A stretch of DNA of 64,000 bases from IMG/VR virus record IMGVR_UViG_3300019752_000004, positions 1 to 64,000 of that record; one strand, written 5' to 3'. This document shows positions 10,001 through 19,414 of this stretch, one piece after another (the stretch's first letter is position 1; each line of letters opens with the position of its first letter). A model generated the notes under the pieces. That model was not told where the DNA came from. It did not search any database and saw only the letters and a program-made list of their open reading frames with translations. A program made the translations under genes and the position numbers. The DNA comes from a virus.

Positions 10001-10623
10001 TCTACTCTGGTTGGTAATGTATATGGGAGATTGACCGTATTATCTGAGTCATCTCCCCATATATACCCTAGTGGCGCAAAACGTCGAAAATGGTTGTGCG
10101 TATGTGAGTGTGGAAATACACAATAAATGTACTTGACAATAATTTGAAATCAGGCGATACTAAATCATGTGGTTGTCATCAAATAGAATGTTCCACAAAA
10201 CATGGATTGTGTGACCATCCACTATATCAAATATGGATTAGCATGATAAATAGATGTCACAACCCAAACAATAAAGACTATAGTTCATACGGTGGACGTG
10301 GTATATATGTATGTGATGTATGGCGAAATGATATCAACAAATTCATTGAAGATGTTGGTGATAGACCAGATGGATATCAGCTTGATAGAATAAATAACGA
10401 TGGTGGATATCATAAAGACAATGTAAGATGGATATCATCAAAAGAAAATAATAGAAATCGTAGATCAAATAAATTGATATCGCATGATGATAAAACAATG
10501 ACCATGATAGAATGGTCTGAACATTTAAATATGGATTATCAAAAATTGAAAATCTTAATCAATCAAGGCTATGCCTTGGACGAAATAATAAATTTATTGA
10601 GAAGTAGTTACATATTGTTGTAA
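10001..10623 (+). pseudogene. HNH homing endonuclease, frameshifted near 10120
   Basis: One frame reads LVGNVYGRLTVL...WLCVCECGNTQ*. The -1 frame continues INVLDNNLKSGDTKSCGC...YGGRGI...LDRINNDGGY..NVRW.....NNRN. Confidence 0.75.
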
Positions 10624-10757
10624 TGCTCGAACATGTGGGTTGTAGAAATATAGTGTCTGTGTGAATGCACTTCTATGACTGTGGTTTAACCCCACCTCCT
10701 TACGGTTAGATGTATCCATCTGTATACCCCGTTCAGAATAATTCACATAACAGAAAC

Positions 10758-10791
10758 AGGCTCATGATAAAAACGTTTTTATCATGAGCCT
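10758..10791. terminator. perfect 34-bp palindrome, bidirectional terminator between convergent genes
   Basis: AGGCTCATGATAAAAAC|GTTTTTATCATGAGCCT. Confidence 0.75.
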
Positions 10792-10795
10792 TCTT

Positions 10796-11530
10796 TTATC
10801 TAATGCACAAAATATTTACGAGGATGTTGATGTTGGCTACAAGCACATTTATTTGATATGAAATTGTAGAATCTGGATTTAAAACTGCATCTAAACTGAA
10901 TAAACTTGATGGTCCAGTATTAACCCGTCCAAATCGTGTGATTGCTGCATCATTACTTGGATTGTCACGTACTATTTTCATACTCTCGACACTAACCACA
11001 CCAGATACAGGTTCACGTGCAGTTACTTCAATAGTTGCAGCATATTCAGTTGCACTCATGATTTCATCTGTAATGGTGCCTACAGGTTGATTATCATATT
11101 CTACTGGTGGCGTAGCATCAAATTCAACGGTGTTCCATGTACTGCCATCCCACCTTTGAAATTCGCCAAATCTACTTGTATTGCCGATGAATACAATTTC
11201 ACCACCAGTGAGTGTACTTGTATCAATACTAGTGTCCCTGTGTGCATTTGAAATAAATGAACCTCGGAAATCATCTGTCAGTATATTTAATTTTGTCTTT
11301 TCAGCGTCTGTATATCTGTTGCTATTTGTTGCCTGATCCACAAGGTCCGCAAGCGCATCAGGTGCAATTTTAGCATCAATTGCATCCGCATATGTTTTAA
11401 CTGCACCTGATGTCGGTAAATTACTAGAATCATCAATGACTGTTGTAATTTGACTCTGATCAACTTTTTGTGTAACGGCTCTAAGTCTTTCATCAATTTC
11501 AGAACCTGTAAAAAAACTTCTATATCCCAT
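10796..11530 (-). CDS. putative virion structural protein (tail/fibre-associated)
   Basis: N-terminal FTGSEIDERL motif seen in fibre proteins; WDGSTW; own late promoter GATAAATA (minus strand, 11572-11579). Confidence 0.55.
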   Translation of the reverse strand: MGYRSFFTGSEIDERLRAVTQKVDQSQITTVIDDSSNLPTSGAVKTYADAIDAKIAPDALADLVDQATNSNRYTDAEKTKLNILTDDFRGSFISNAHRDTSIDTSTLTGGEIVFIGNTSRFGEFQRWDGSTWNTVEFDATPPVEYDNQPVGTITDEIMSATEYAATIEVTAREPVSGVVSVESMKIVRDNPSNDAAITRFGRVNTGPSSLFSLDAVLNPDSTISYQINVLVANINILVNILCIR

Positions 11531-11600
11531 AATTTCCTACTTGATTTATATATTGAGTTGGTATATACATGTATTTATCAGAACATGAAGGAGAATAAAA

Positions 11601-12944
11601 ATGATTAACTATGAAAAGATTCTAAATGATGATGGTGTTCATGAAATTTCTGGAAAACTTTGTGAATATGACACATGGATTGTAGGTGGTTGTCTTCGTG
11701 ATACAATTTGGAATTATGTACATCCTGATATGATGCGTGAAATTAATGACATTGATATGGTTACGAATGCTGATGTAGAGACAGTAAAAGAACTGTTTCC
11801 AACATCTACTATTTCAGGCACTTGTCATGAAATTTTTAATATTAAATGTGAAAATGGGATCACATACGAATTGTCTTTACTTGGATCACAAAGTATTGAA
11901 GATAATCTGAGTGAACGTGATTTCATGGTGAATAGTGTTGGTCTGCACGTTAATACTGGTAAAATATATAATGAATGGTTGTCAGTGTATTTTACCGAAG
12001 AGCTTGGACTTTCAACTATTGAAACTAAAGATACAGATATGTATTGTAAATTGAAGAAAGACCCACTCAGACTATACCGAATTGCACGTATGGTTGCAAT
12101 GGGTTATTTTGATGTAAGTTTCATTTTAGATGCCCATGTAAGACATTTTTTGGAACATAATGATCCTATTATACCAGTTGAACGTATTCGTGATGAAATT
12201 ATGAAATCAATGTTGGTATCTACTAACTATAAGTTTTTCGACACTCTCGTGAAATATGATATCATAAATAAACATTTGAAACCTATGTCAGATATGATTG
12301 ATGTTGATGGTGGAGATTATCACAATGAAAGTGTATGGGACCACTGTATGAATGCTGGATTCATTGCCAGCGGACTTACAGACAATCCATTGCTTGTATT
12401 TGCTGCATTCATCCATGATATTGGAAAACCAGTTGCTTGGAACGGTAAGAATTTTATATCACACAATGTTATTGGTGCTGATATTGTAGAATCCCTTATT
12501 ACGGAATTAAAATTCAGTACAAAAGATATCCTGTATGTTAAGACGCTGGTTTCATGTCATATGGATATGGTTTTTGATGTAAAGGATAGTACCCTTCGAA
12601 AACATTTGAAAAGGCTTGATGCTGGTGGTGTTGATCCATATGATTTTATTATTCTGAGAAAGGCTGATTTTGAATCCAATAAAAAGCATGATGATAAATA
12701 CCCCGAAGAACATATCGCAAAATATATTGAAGCTGTTAAGCGTGTGAGAGAACCATTTGATGAAGGTTTCACAATTAAAAGCTTGAAAATCAATGGCAAT
12801 GATGTCATGAATATACTTAATCTTAATCAGGGTAAAGAAGTTGGTGATGTGCTTAGAGAAATATTTGAGTGTGTCATGGAAAATCCTGAAATGAACGAAC
12901 GAGAAACCCTTTTAAAACATATTGGAGTAAATTATGGGCAATAA
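11601..12944 (+). CDS. CCA-adding tRNA nucleotidyltransferase / poly(A) polymerase family protein with HD domain
   Basis: IVGGCLRD, DIDMVT, ERDFMVN, DPLRLYR, ERIRDE, HDIGKP and C-terminal INGNDVM motifs. Confidence 0.9.
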   Translation: MINYEKILNDDGVHEISGKLCEYDTWIVGGCLRDTIWNYVHPDMMREINDIDMVTNADVETVKELFPTSTISGTCHEIFNIKCENGITYELSLLGSQSIEDNLSERDFMVNSVGLHVNTGKIYNEWLSVYFTEELGLSTIETKDTDMYCKLKKDPLRLYRIARMVAMGYFDVSFILDAHVRHFLEHNDPIIPVERIRDEIMKSMLVSTNYKFFDTLVKYDIINKHLKPMSDMIDVDGGDYHNESVWDHCMNAGFIASGLTDNPLLVFAAFIHDIGKPVAWNGKNFISHNVIGADIVESLITELKFSTKDILYVKTLVSCHMDMVFDVKDSTLRKHLKRLDAGGVDPYDFIILRKADFESNKKHDDKYPEEHIAKYIEAVKRVREPFDEGFTIKSLKINGNDVMNILNLNQGKEVGDVLREIFECVMENPEMNERETLLKHIGVNYGQ

Positions 12945-13909
12945 AGAATACGAGGAAAAGATGAAAACTCTTCAAACACAATACGTAGATATGATGGACC
13001 ACCATCAATATCATTCAGCTATAGTTGATGACTACGAAAACCGTGCTAATGAAATTCGTAGTCAGATTGAAGAATTGAAAGAAAAGAAACCTAAAACCCT
13101 TAAAGAAGTGAATGAAATTCCAGAATCTGGTGAATTTACTATTGTGAGTGTGGGATCATGTGGTAATATTATAACCAATGCGTATGAGAATGAAAAAGGG
13201 GTTCTGTATGAAAGTGTTCCATATGGTGGAACTGGATTCACACAAAAAATTAAACGTGCGAATATTGAAGATTGTTCACTAAATGATGTAAGTATGAAGA
13301 TTTTCATTGTGGAGTAAATATGTTATGGATTACATCATTCATACTGATAGTAATAGTTTTATATTATAATTATATTCATGATGACAAATGCGTTGTGTGT
13401 GGTTGTAAAGCAACTAGATATCGTATGAAATTGTTTTCAGAATATCCGTATTGTGATACATGTGAATACGATGAATCAATTGTATATTATGATACTAGGC
13501 GGATGAAAAGAATTATAGCCACAATAGCATTTGTATTGATTATCGTGTGTGCTGTGTCTTTTATGCTATATACGTTACATGGAGTAAAATAATGGATAAA
13601 TTAAAAGTGCTTGAAGCCGATGAAAATTTGAAGTATACTGTCAAAGCTCTTGCATACCTTGTGGGTGTGGATGAAGTATATGATCTTGCATTCTCATATG
13701 CACAGGAAGGTTATGAATCAAACATGACTGATGAAGAACTGATTAAACAACGCTGTAATGGCGTTGTATATGAAAATGGCAATGCATTCTGGCAATGTGA
13801 ATGTGGTGTAAAAATCCCATATACAGATAAACAGTCTTTCATTGATCATATTAAAAAATGTAGACCAGCTGAATTGACAGAAGAGGAATTTATTTCACGT
13901 GCGAATTAA
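12934..13909 (+). other. three small hypothetical CDSs (12934-13317, 13320-13592 membrane/Zn-finger, 13592-13909)
   Basis: Coupled ORFs with GGAG RBSs. Confidence 0.6.
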
Positions 13910-14228
13910 AAATTCAAAATTAGCTACTATACTCAATCTATCAGCTTTTATGCTGGTGTTTGGTGTAGTGGATAATGGGCTAATGATTCTATTCGGTGAT
14001 ATCATTGATAAGACGTTATCAGACACCTTTAACTTGTCTGTAATGGCAAGTGCTGGCTGGGGTAACGCTATTAGTGATGCTGTAAGCGTACTTGTTGCGT
14101 CACTAATTCCCGAATATATTCCAGAACAACCTTTAACCCGTGTAGTTGATACTGGCGTAAAGGCTTTTTCCGTATTTGCTGGTTGTGTACTAGCACTATC
14201 TATGATCCCGTTCCTGAGTTTATTCTAA
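13899..14228 (+). CDS. TMEM65 (DUF2453)-like membrane protein
   Basis: FGVVDNGLMILFGDIID...LSVMASAGWGNAISD resembles the TMEM65 pattern FGFLDNxIMIxAGxxID...STMAAAALGNxxSD. Confidence 0.75.
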   Translation: MRIKNSKLATILNLSAFMLVFGVVDNGLMILFGDIIDKTLSDTFNLSVMASAGWGNAISDAVSVLVASLIPEYIPEQPLTRVVDTGVKAFSVFAGCVLALSMIPFLSLF

Positions 14229-14247
14229 TTTCTTTAATGTAAAATGC

Positions 14248-14255
14248 TATAAATA
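14248..14255 (+). promoter_or_regulatory. T4-type late promoter
   Basis: Exact intergenic TATAAATA. Confidence 0.7.
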
Positions 14256-14287
14256 AATATAGATTATTTTACATAAAGGAAAGAAGA

Positions 14288-14740
14288 ATGAGCAATAAGA
14301 AGAAACTTTCTGATATTGTTACACCTACTGTGGCTGTTGTCTCATTGTTGTTCTCAGTGATTCTCACCGTAGGGGGTGGTGTTGTCGGTATCATGACACA
14401 GATTTCTAAAATTGAAAGTCGGGTCGCTGGTATCGAAAACAATTTAGAAGAGTACAAAATTGATGCAGAAGCACTACAAGACCTTAGAACATCTTATGCT
14501 GTGATAAGTGATAGAGTAACACACAACACCAATAGTATTGTAGAACAAGCTGGTGTGTTGAAAAAGATTACTGATCAATTACAGGCAATGGATAGGAATA
14601 ATGTCGCCAATGTAGAGGCACAGCAAAGATTGGTTGCGACAGTTCAGAAAATTGCAGAAGATTGTAGTGAACTGCAGTTATCTGTACGAGAGGTTCAGGT
14701 TAAGCTTGATATTATATTCAAGCAGAAACAGAAAAAGTAG
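14288..14740 (+). CDS. late membrane-anchored coiled-coil protein (possible lysis protein)
   Basis: N-terminal hydrophobic helix then heptad-rich region; own late promoter and terminator. Confidence 0.55.
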   Translation: MSNKKKLSDIVTPTVAVVSLLFSVILTVGGGVVGIMTQISKIESRVAGIENNLEEYKIDAEALQDLRTSYAVISDRVTHNTNSIVEQAGVLKKITDQLQAMDRNNVANVEAQQRLVATVQKIAEDCSELQLSVREVQVKLDIIFKQKQKK

Positions 14741-14765
14741 GAAAAGGCGGGAAACCGTCTTTTTC
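14741..14765 (+). terminator. Rho-independent terminator with GAAA tetraloop
   Basis: AAAAGGCGG-GAAA-CCGTCTTTTT. Confidence 0.8.
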
Positions 14766-14768
14766 AAT

Positions 14769-14797
14769 TTGCAATACAGAATATTCTGTGATATAAT
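14769..14797 (+). promoter_or_regulatory. sigma70-like promoter for the gp45 operon
   Basis: TTGCAA-N17-TATAAT; the same TTGCAA -35 variant precedes gp41. Confidence 0.7.
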
Positions 14798-14828
14798 TTT
14801 AAAAACTTATTAAATGTGAGGATAATAA

Positions 14829-15506
14829 ATGAAATTGAGTAATGAAACTTTGAATGCGTTGATGAATGTCAGTGACGTGAACAACGAAATTAAAATTAGT
14901 TCTGGAAACGTAATCCAGAATGCACGTCAGGACGGCACTGTATTCATTCGTACAGTTATCAGTGAAGACTTTGAAGATTGTGTTATTGGCGACCTTAAAC
15001 AGTTCTGTAAAATTTTCAAGTTGAAAGGCATGAGTGCCGCTGATCTTGAATTCGATTCACAGGGACGATACGCCACAATCAAAGGTGATGATATTGTATT
15101 TAATTACAAATTCACTGAACAGATTTTCTGGCGTGACACCATTGAAGGATTCTATGAGGCGACAAAAGATGAAGATTACATCGCAAAACTTCGAATTGAA
15201 CCAGAAGAACTTTCTGAATTCCTCAATGCAAGTTCTGCAATGCAGTGTAAACGAATGGTTTTTAAAATTGAGGATCATAAAGTATATCTTGTTGGTCGAG
15301 GTGTTAATGTAGATTCTAACACACATACAAGATACATGTGTGATACCCCAGCAGAAGATGGGGAATATGTTCTTAACATTGATAACATTCGATTTCTGCC
15401 ACTAACATATGACGTGTACGTAAAACAAAAAATGATTTGTTTTGAATCTGTTGATGATGAATATGAGATGTATTATGTAATTGCAAATTGCTTTGATGAG
15501 GAGTAA
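14829..15506 (+). CDS. gp45: sliding clamp (T4 gp45-like)
   Basis: MKLSNETLNAL...IGDLKQF pattern; precedes the clamp-loader genes. Confidence 0.85.
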   Translation: MKLSNETLNALMNVSDVNNEIKISSGNVIQNARQDGTVFIRTVISEDFEDCVIGDLKQFCKIFKLKGMSAADLEFDSQGRYATIKGDDIVFNYKFTEQIFWRDTIEGFYEATKDEDYIAKLRIEPEELSEFLNASSAMQCKRMVFKIEDHKVYLVGRGVNVDSNTHTRYMCDTPAEDGEYVLNIDNIRFLPLTYDVYVKQKMICFESVDDEYEMYYVIANCFDEE

Positions 15507-15509
15507 TAT

Positions 15510-16457
15510 ATGGAAAGACTAGATTACATGTGGGCGCAGATTTACAGACCTAGAACTTTAGATGAAATCATTCTTCCAGATCATCTAAAATCTGAGTTTA
15601 AAAAATATGTTGAAAATAAATCTATTCCATCATTATTATTTTATAGTCCTAGTGCTGGCACAGGTAAGACTACATCAGCACTTGCATTAGCTCATGATAT
15701 TGGTTGCAATCATCCATTAAAGATTAATGCTAGTATGGAGACCAGTATTGATGTTATCCGTACCGATGTTAAAAAATACTGTATGCAGTACAGTATTTTT
15801 GATGATGCGGATACAAAAAAGGTTGTCATTCTAGATGAATTTGATAGAATGACGGTACAGGCACAGGAAGCTCTAAAAGGCTTCATGGAAGAAATGTCTA
15901 AAACCACTGCATTTATTATTACTACTAATAACAAGGATAAAATCATTGAGCCACTGATTGACAGGTGTATCAACCATGATTTTATTTGGGATGAAGAAAC
16001 ATCTAGACAACTATCTAAACAGATGTGTATGCGGTGTCTAGATATCTTTAAGCAGGAGAACGTTGAATGTGACATTCAGGTTCTTGCTACTGTTGTTAAA
16101 AAATGTGTACCATCTTTCCGTAAGGTGTTAAATGAATTGCAAAGATATGCAACTCAGTGTAATAATAAAATTGATGCTGGCATTCTTGCACAGGTTGATA
16201 AATCCAGTGTAGATAAGCTTGTAGAATATATTATTGGTAAGAAGTTTAAAGAGCTTGGACAATGGGCGGCTGACAATAAAGAACGTGGAGATATCTTTCA
16301 TATTCTTTATCCTGCTATCAGAGATAAGGTTGAACTTAATGACCTTCCAAGCATTGTGGTAACAATTAACGACTATGACCGTGATTACAGACATGTTAGT
16401 AATAAGTGGTTGCATTTATACGCCATGTTTGTTACTATTGCGGCTAATTTGGATTAA
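15510..16457 (+). CDS. gp44: clamp loader large subunit (T4 gp44-like)
   Basis: WAQIYRP, Walker A GTGKTT, ILDEFD, IIEPLIDRC. Confidence 0.93.
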   Translation: MERLDYMWAQIYRPRTLDEIILPDHLKSEFKKYVENKSIPSLLFYSPSAGTGKTTSALALAHDIGCNHPLKINASMETSIDVIRTDVKKYCMQYSIFDDADTKKVVILDEFDRMTVQAQEALKGFMEEMSKTTAFIITTNNKDKIIEPLIDRCINHDFIWDEETSRQLSKQMCMRCLDIFKQENVECDIQVLATVVKKCVPSFRKVLNELQRYATQCNNKIDAGILAQVDKSSVDKLVEYIIGKKFKELGQWAADNKERGDIFHILYPAIRDKVELNDLPSIVVTINDYDRDYRHVSNKWLHLYAMFVTIAANLD

Positions 16458-16458
16458 T

Positions 16459-16857
16459 ATGTCATACACATTATTCAATTTTCTTGACAGTATTGCACTG
16501 AATAAAGTTGATTTGTATGAAATGGACCCTGTAGCATTTGAAACAGATTATAATGCGTTTATGGTTGCAACTGGATTGGGACAACATGTTGATTGTATTC
16601 TGGTTGCAAACGAAATGAATAAACGCCCTAAAGTTTCAAAATTGATGCATTATGATTATTTACGTGGTGCAATTAGTAAACGTAAACGTTATGGTAAATG
16701 GATCAAACCTAAACCCATTAACGAAGATGTAAAAATGTTGTCAGAATATTATGAAACTAGCATGGAAAAGGCAGAAGATATTCTTAGTATTCTGACACAC
16801 AAACAATTAGAAAATATTAAAAGTAGTTTAAACTCTAAAGATGAGGTAACAAGATGA
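16459..16857 (+). CDS. gp62: clamp loader small subunit (T4 gp62-like)
   Basis: YNAFMV, ANEMN, KRKRYGKW; synteny 45-44-62-regA. Confidence 0.88.
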   Translation: MSYTLFNFLDSIALNKVDLYEMDPVAFETDYNAFMVATGLGQHVDCILVANEMNKRPKVSKLMHYDYLRGAISKRKRYGKWIKPKPINEDVKMLSEYYETSMEKAEDILSILTHKQLENIKSSLNSKDEVTR

Positions 16858-17294
16858 GTTTTGAAAAGATTATTGGAAAGGTGTTTACACCAGATGAGTA
16901 TGTGGAAAATATGGTTGAAATTGAATTTACAGATAAAGATATTGACCGTGGATTTAATTTCACTAATGAAACACTAAAGCGTATTGGTGTCACAAGTCGT
17001 GATAAGAACGTACTGTATCCATCATGTGTGCTTTTGCACAAGCGTGGAAGATACTACGTAGCACATTTTAAAGAGATGTTCGTACTGGATGGACAGAGCA
17101 ACCATCTGACTGCAGGTGATTTGTGTAGACGCAATAAAATCTGTGAGATTCTTGAAAGTTGGAATTTAATTGAAATTAAAAATAAATCTGTCATGGAAGG
17201 AGAATTTGCTAGTATGGGTTCTATCAAGGTTCTCAAACATTCTGAACTTTCCGACTGGGAAGTTGTACACAAGTACGTGGTAGGTAATGGTTAG
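16854..17294 (+). CDS. regA: translational repressor RegA
   Basis: ETLKRIGV, LYPSCVLLHKRGRYYVAHFKEMFVLDG. Confidence 0.93.
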   Translation: MSFEKIIGKVFTPDEYVENMVEIEFTDKDIDRGFNFTNETLKRIGVTSRDKNVLYPSCVLLHKRGRYYVAHFKEMFVLDGQSNHLTAGDLCRRNKICEILESWNLIEIKNKSVMEGEFASMGSIKVLKHSELSDWEVVHKYVVGNG

Positions 17295-17676
17295 TTTTGA
17301 AGATTTCCTAAAAACTAATAATATCGATTTGCCCGTTGGACATTACAACGTTCAACGGGCCGATATGCCACAGATAGACAACGTAGAAGATTTGATATAT
17401 GTTCTTGTCCAGAATAATATTAAATATGAGCGTGGTCTCTGTGATGTGCAGAATCTAAAACTTACACAGTGTAAAATTGTCAAAGATAAAGTTGTAAAAA
17501 TCATGGACAATTATACTGAATCTGAAATTGTGGTTGCAAATGGATTTGTAATTGACGGTACACATAGATTTGTTGCCGCTTATAATATGGGATTGGAAAC
17601 GATTCCATGCATTCATATTGATGAAGACCCTATCAAAATGTTGGGGTTGCTTAAAGATTTTAGACATGAGGACTAA
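17287..17676 (+). CDS. ParB/Srx-like domain protein
   Basis: RADMPQID, LKLTQ, VIDGTHR motifs. Confidence 0.7.
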   Translation: MVSFEDFLKTNNIDLPVGHYNVQRADMPQIDNVEDLIYVLVQNNIKYERGLCDVQNLKLTQCKIVKDKVVKIMDNYTESEIVVANGFVIDGTHRFVAAYNMGLETIPCIHIDEDPIKMLGLLKDFRHED

Positions 17677-19344
17677 ATGACTAATCAGGAAATTGTAGAA
17701 TATGCTAAAGAATGCTTTCCTTTTGACACATTCAATCGTGGACAATTGGAAGCCATTGTAGCATGTGTTGATGGAATCGTTAATAAAGATAAATTCCATA
17801 TCTTCATTGAGGCTCCAACTGGTATAGGTAAATCTGTTATTGCTACCACCGTTCATAAGATACTGAGAAAATATAATTATGAACATCGTACAACAATTGC
17901 TACAGCTACTAAAGGTCTACAGGATCAATATCAATCTACACCAGATGCTGATATTTTTGATTTAAAAGGTATGCAGACATATGGATGCAGTTGCGGAAAT
18001 CATGATGCATGGTTCGGCAATCCAAAGTGTTTCGGAATGATTTCACAATCTAAATGCACACCAGAAAATGATTGTGAATATGTTAGAACCCGTGACTATT
18101 GGAAACATGATGCAGTGCTTCGTAGTACAAGTTGTGCATTACAAATTGTATCCCCATATGAATTTACTGGAATCAGAAATGAAAAGACAAATACACGTGC
18201 TGATCTTATTGTAGTTGATGAGTGTCATAAACTTGAAGAACAGATTATTTCAGCATGTACATTGAATCTGAATAAATATGTTTTCGGTGAAAATATGTGT
18301 GATGCTGATGACGATGTACGTAACGTGCAGGATATGATCAACGCACTAATTCTTCGATGTACTGTATATAAAGAAGGCCATGTATTTAAATCACACAATT
18401 CTGAATCTGTGATTGAAGAACACGCTAGAATCATCATCAGTGAATTGATGGACATATCCGAAAAATATAAAAGTATGAAAACTAAAAGTGCGGTTGAACG
18501 TCAGATTGCACAGAAAGTTTTCCAGATCGCGAATGAACTTGCTATGTGTGTACAGGCACGTACAATCATTTTGAATCGAATCGAACATGACTATATGCAG
18601 TTGAAGCCAGTCTTTGCAAAAGAATTGGCATATAACACATTATTCTGTAAGGCTGATTATTTCATTCATATGAGTGCTACTATATGTGGAATGGAATCAT
18701 ATGCTGAATCACTCGGTATCAAATCAAATGACTATCTTGCATATGCATTTGACAACCCGATTCCAGTCGAAAACAGGCGTATTGTATATATCCCGATGTA
18801 TAAAATGAGTGGTGGTGATATACCACGACAGAAAATCATTGGCATGGCTAAAGACATTGCTAAGATTCGAAAGGAACATGAGGGTGAAAATGGTGTTGTG
18901 CATACAGTCAGTTACAAACTTGCAGATTCACTCCAATACAATAGCATTGACAAAGATGGTATGTACATTCTCAAAGACCGTGAACGTATTGTGGAACTTA
19001 TGAAGACCCAAAAAGGTGTTTGTCTGCTCAGTCCAAGTGTGGAGGAGGGTTATGACTTTAAAGACGATGATGCACGGTTTCAGGTGATCGCCAAGATGCC
19101 ATTTGGGTATCTAGGAGACCCACTTATTAAACTTAACTGTGAACAACGACCTGATTCATATGGTAGAGCTACTGTACTTAGAGTTGTACAGGCATGTGGA
19201 CGGACGACCAGAGGGATGAATGATTACAGCACCACATATATTCTTGATAAGAATTTTGGTATGCTGTTAGCACGTAATGAAAAGTTCTTTCCCAAATGGT
19301 TTCTTGATGCAATTGAATGGTATGATCCAGAAGATTTAAAATAG
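17677..19344 (+). CDS. DinG/Rad3-like SF2 helicase
   Basis: Q-motif NRGQ, EAPTGIGKS, VVDECH, MSAT, EGYDF, QACGRTTR; Cys cluster at the Fe-S position. Confidence 0.88.
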   Translation: MTNQEIVEYAKECFPFDTFNRGQLEAIVACVDGIVNKDKFHIFIEAPTGIGKSVIATTVHKILRKYNYEHRTTIATATKGLQDQYQSTPDADIFDLKGMQTYGCSCGNHDAWFGNPKCFGMISQSKCTPENDCEYVRTRDYWKHDAVLRSTSCALQIVSPYEFTGIRNEKTNTRADLIVVDECHKLEEQIISACTLNLNKYVFGENMCDADDDVRNVQDMINALILRCTVYKEGHVFKSHNSESVIEEHARIIISELMDISEKYKSMKTKSAVERQIAQKVFQIANELAMCVQARTIILNRIEHDYMQLKPVFAKELAYNTLFCKADYFIHMSATICGMESYAESLGIKSNDYLAYAFDNPIPVENRRIVYIPMYKMSGGDIPRQKIIGMAKDIAKIRKEHEGENGVVHTVSYKLADSLQYNSIDKDGMYILKDRERIVELMKTQKGVCLLSPSVEEGYDFKDDDARFQVIAKMPFGYLGDPLIKLNCEQRPDSYGRATVLRVVQACGRTTRGMNDYSTTYILDKNFGMLLARNEKFFPKWFLDAIEWYDPEDLK

Positions 19345-19394
19345 TTGACAAATGATATTAAGGTGTGTATTGCTATATGTGATACACACCTTTT
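19343..19394 (+). repeat. Repeat family A degenerate copy (promoter of gp52)
   Basis: TTGACA-N17-TATTGC in AAGGTGTGTAT...ATACACACCTT, inner stem shortened. Confidence 0.8.
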
Positions 19395-19414
19395 AATTTA
19401 TAAGGAAACAGTAT

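Noticed and set aside
10001-10760. Group I intron carrying the HNH gene
   Set aside because: The upstream gene appears complete, and no downstream exon or intron core elements were recognised
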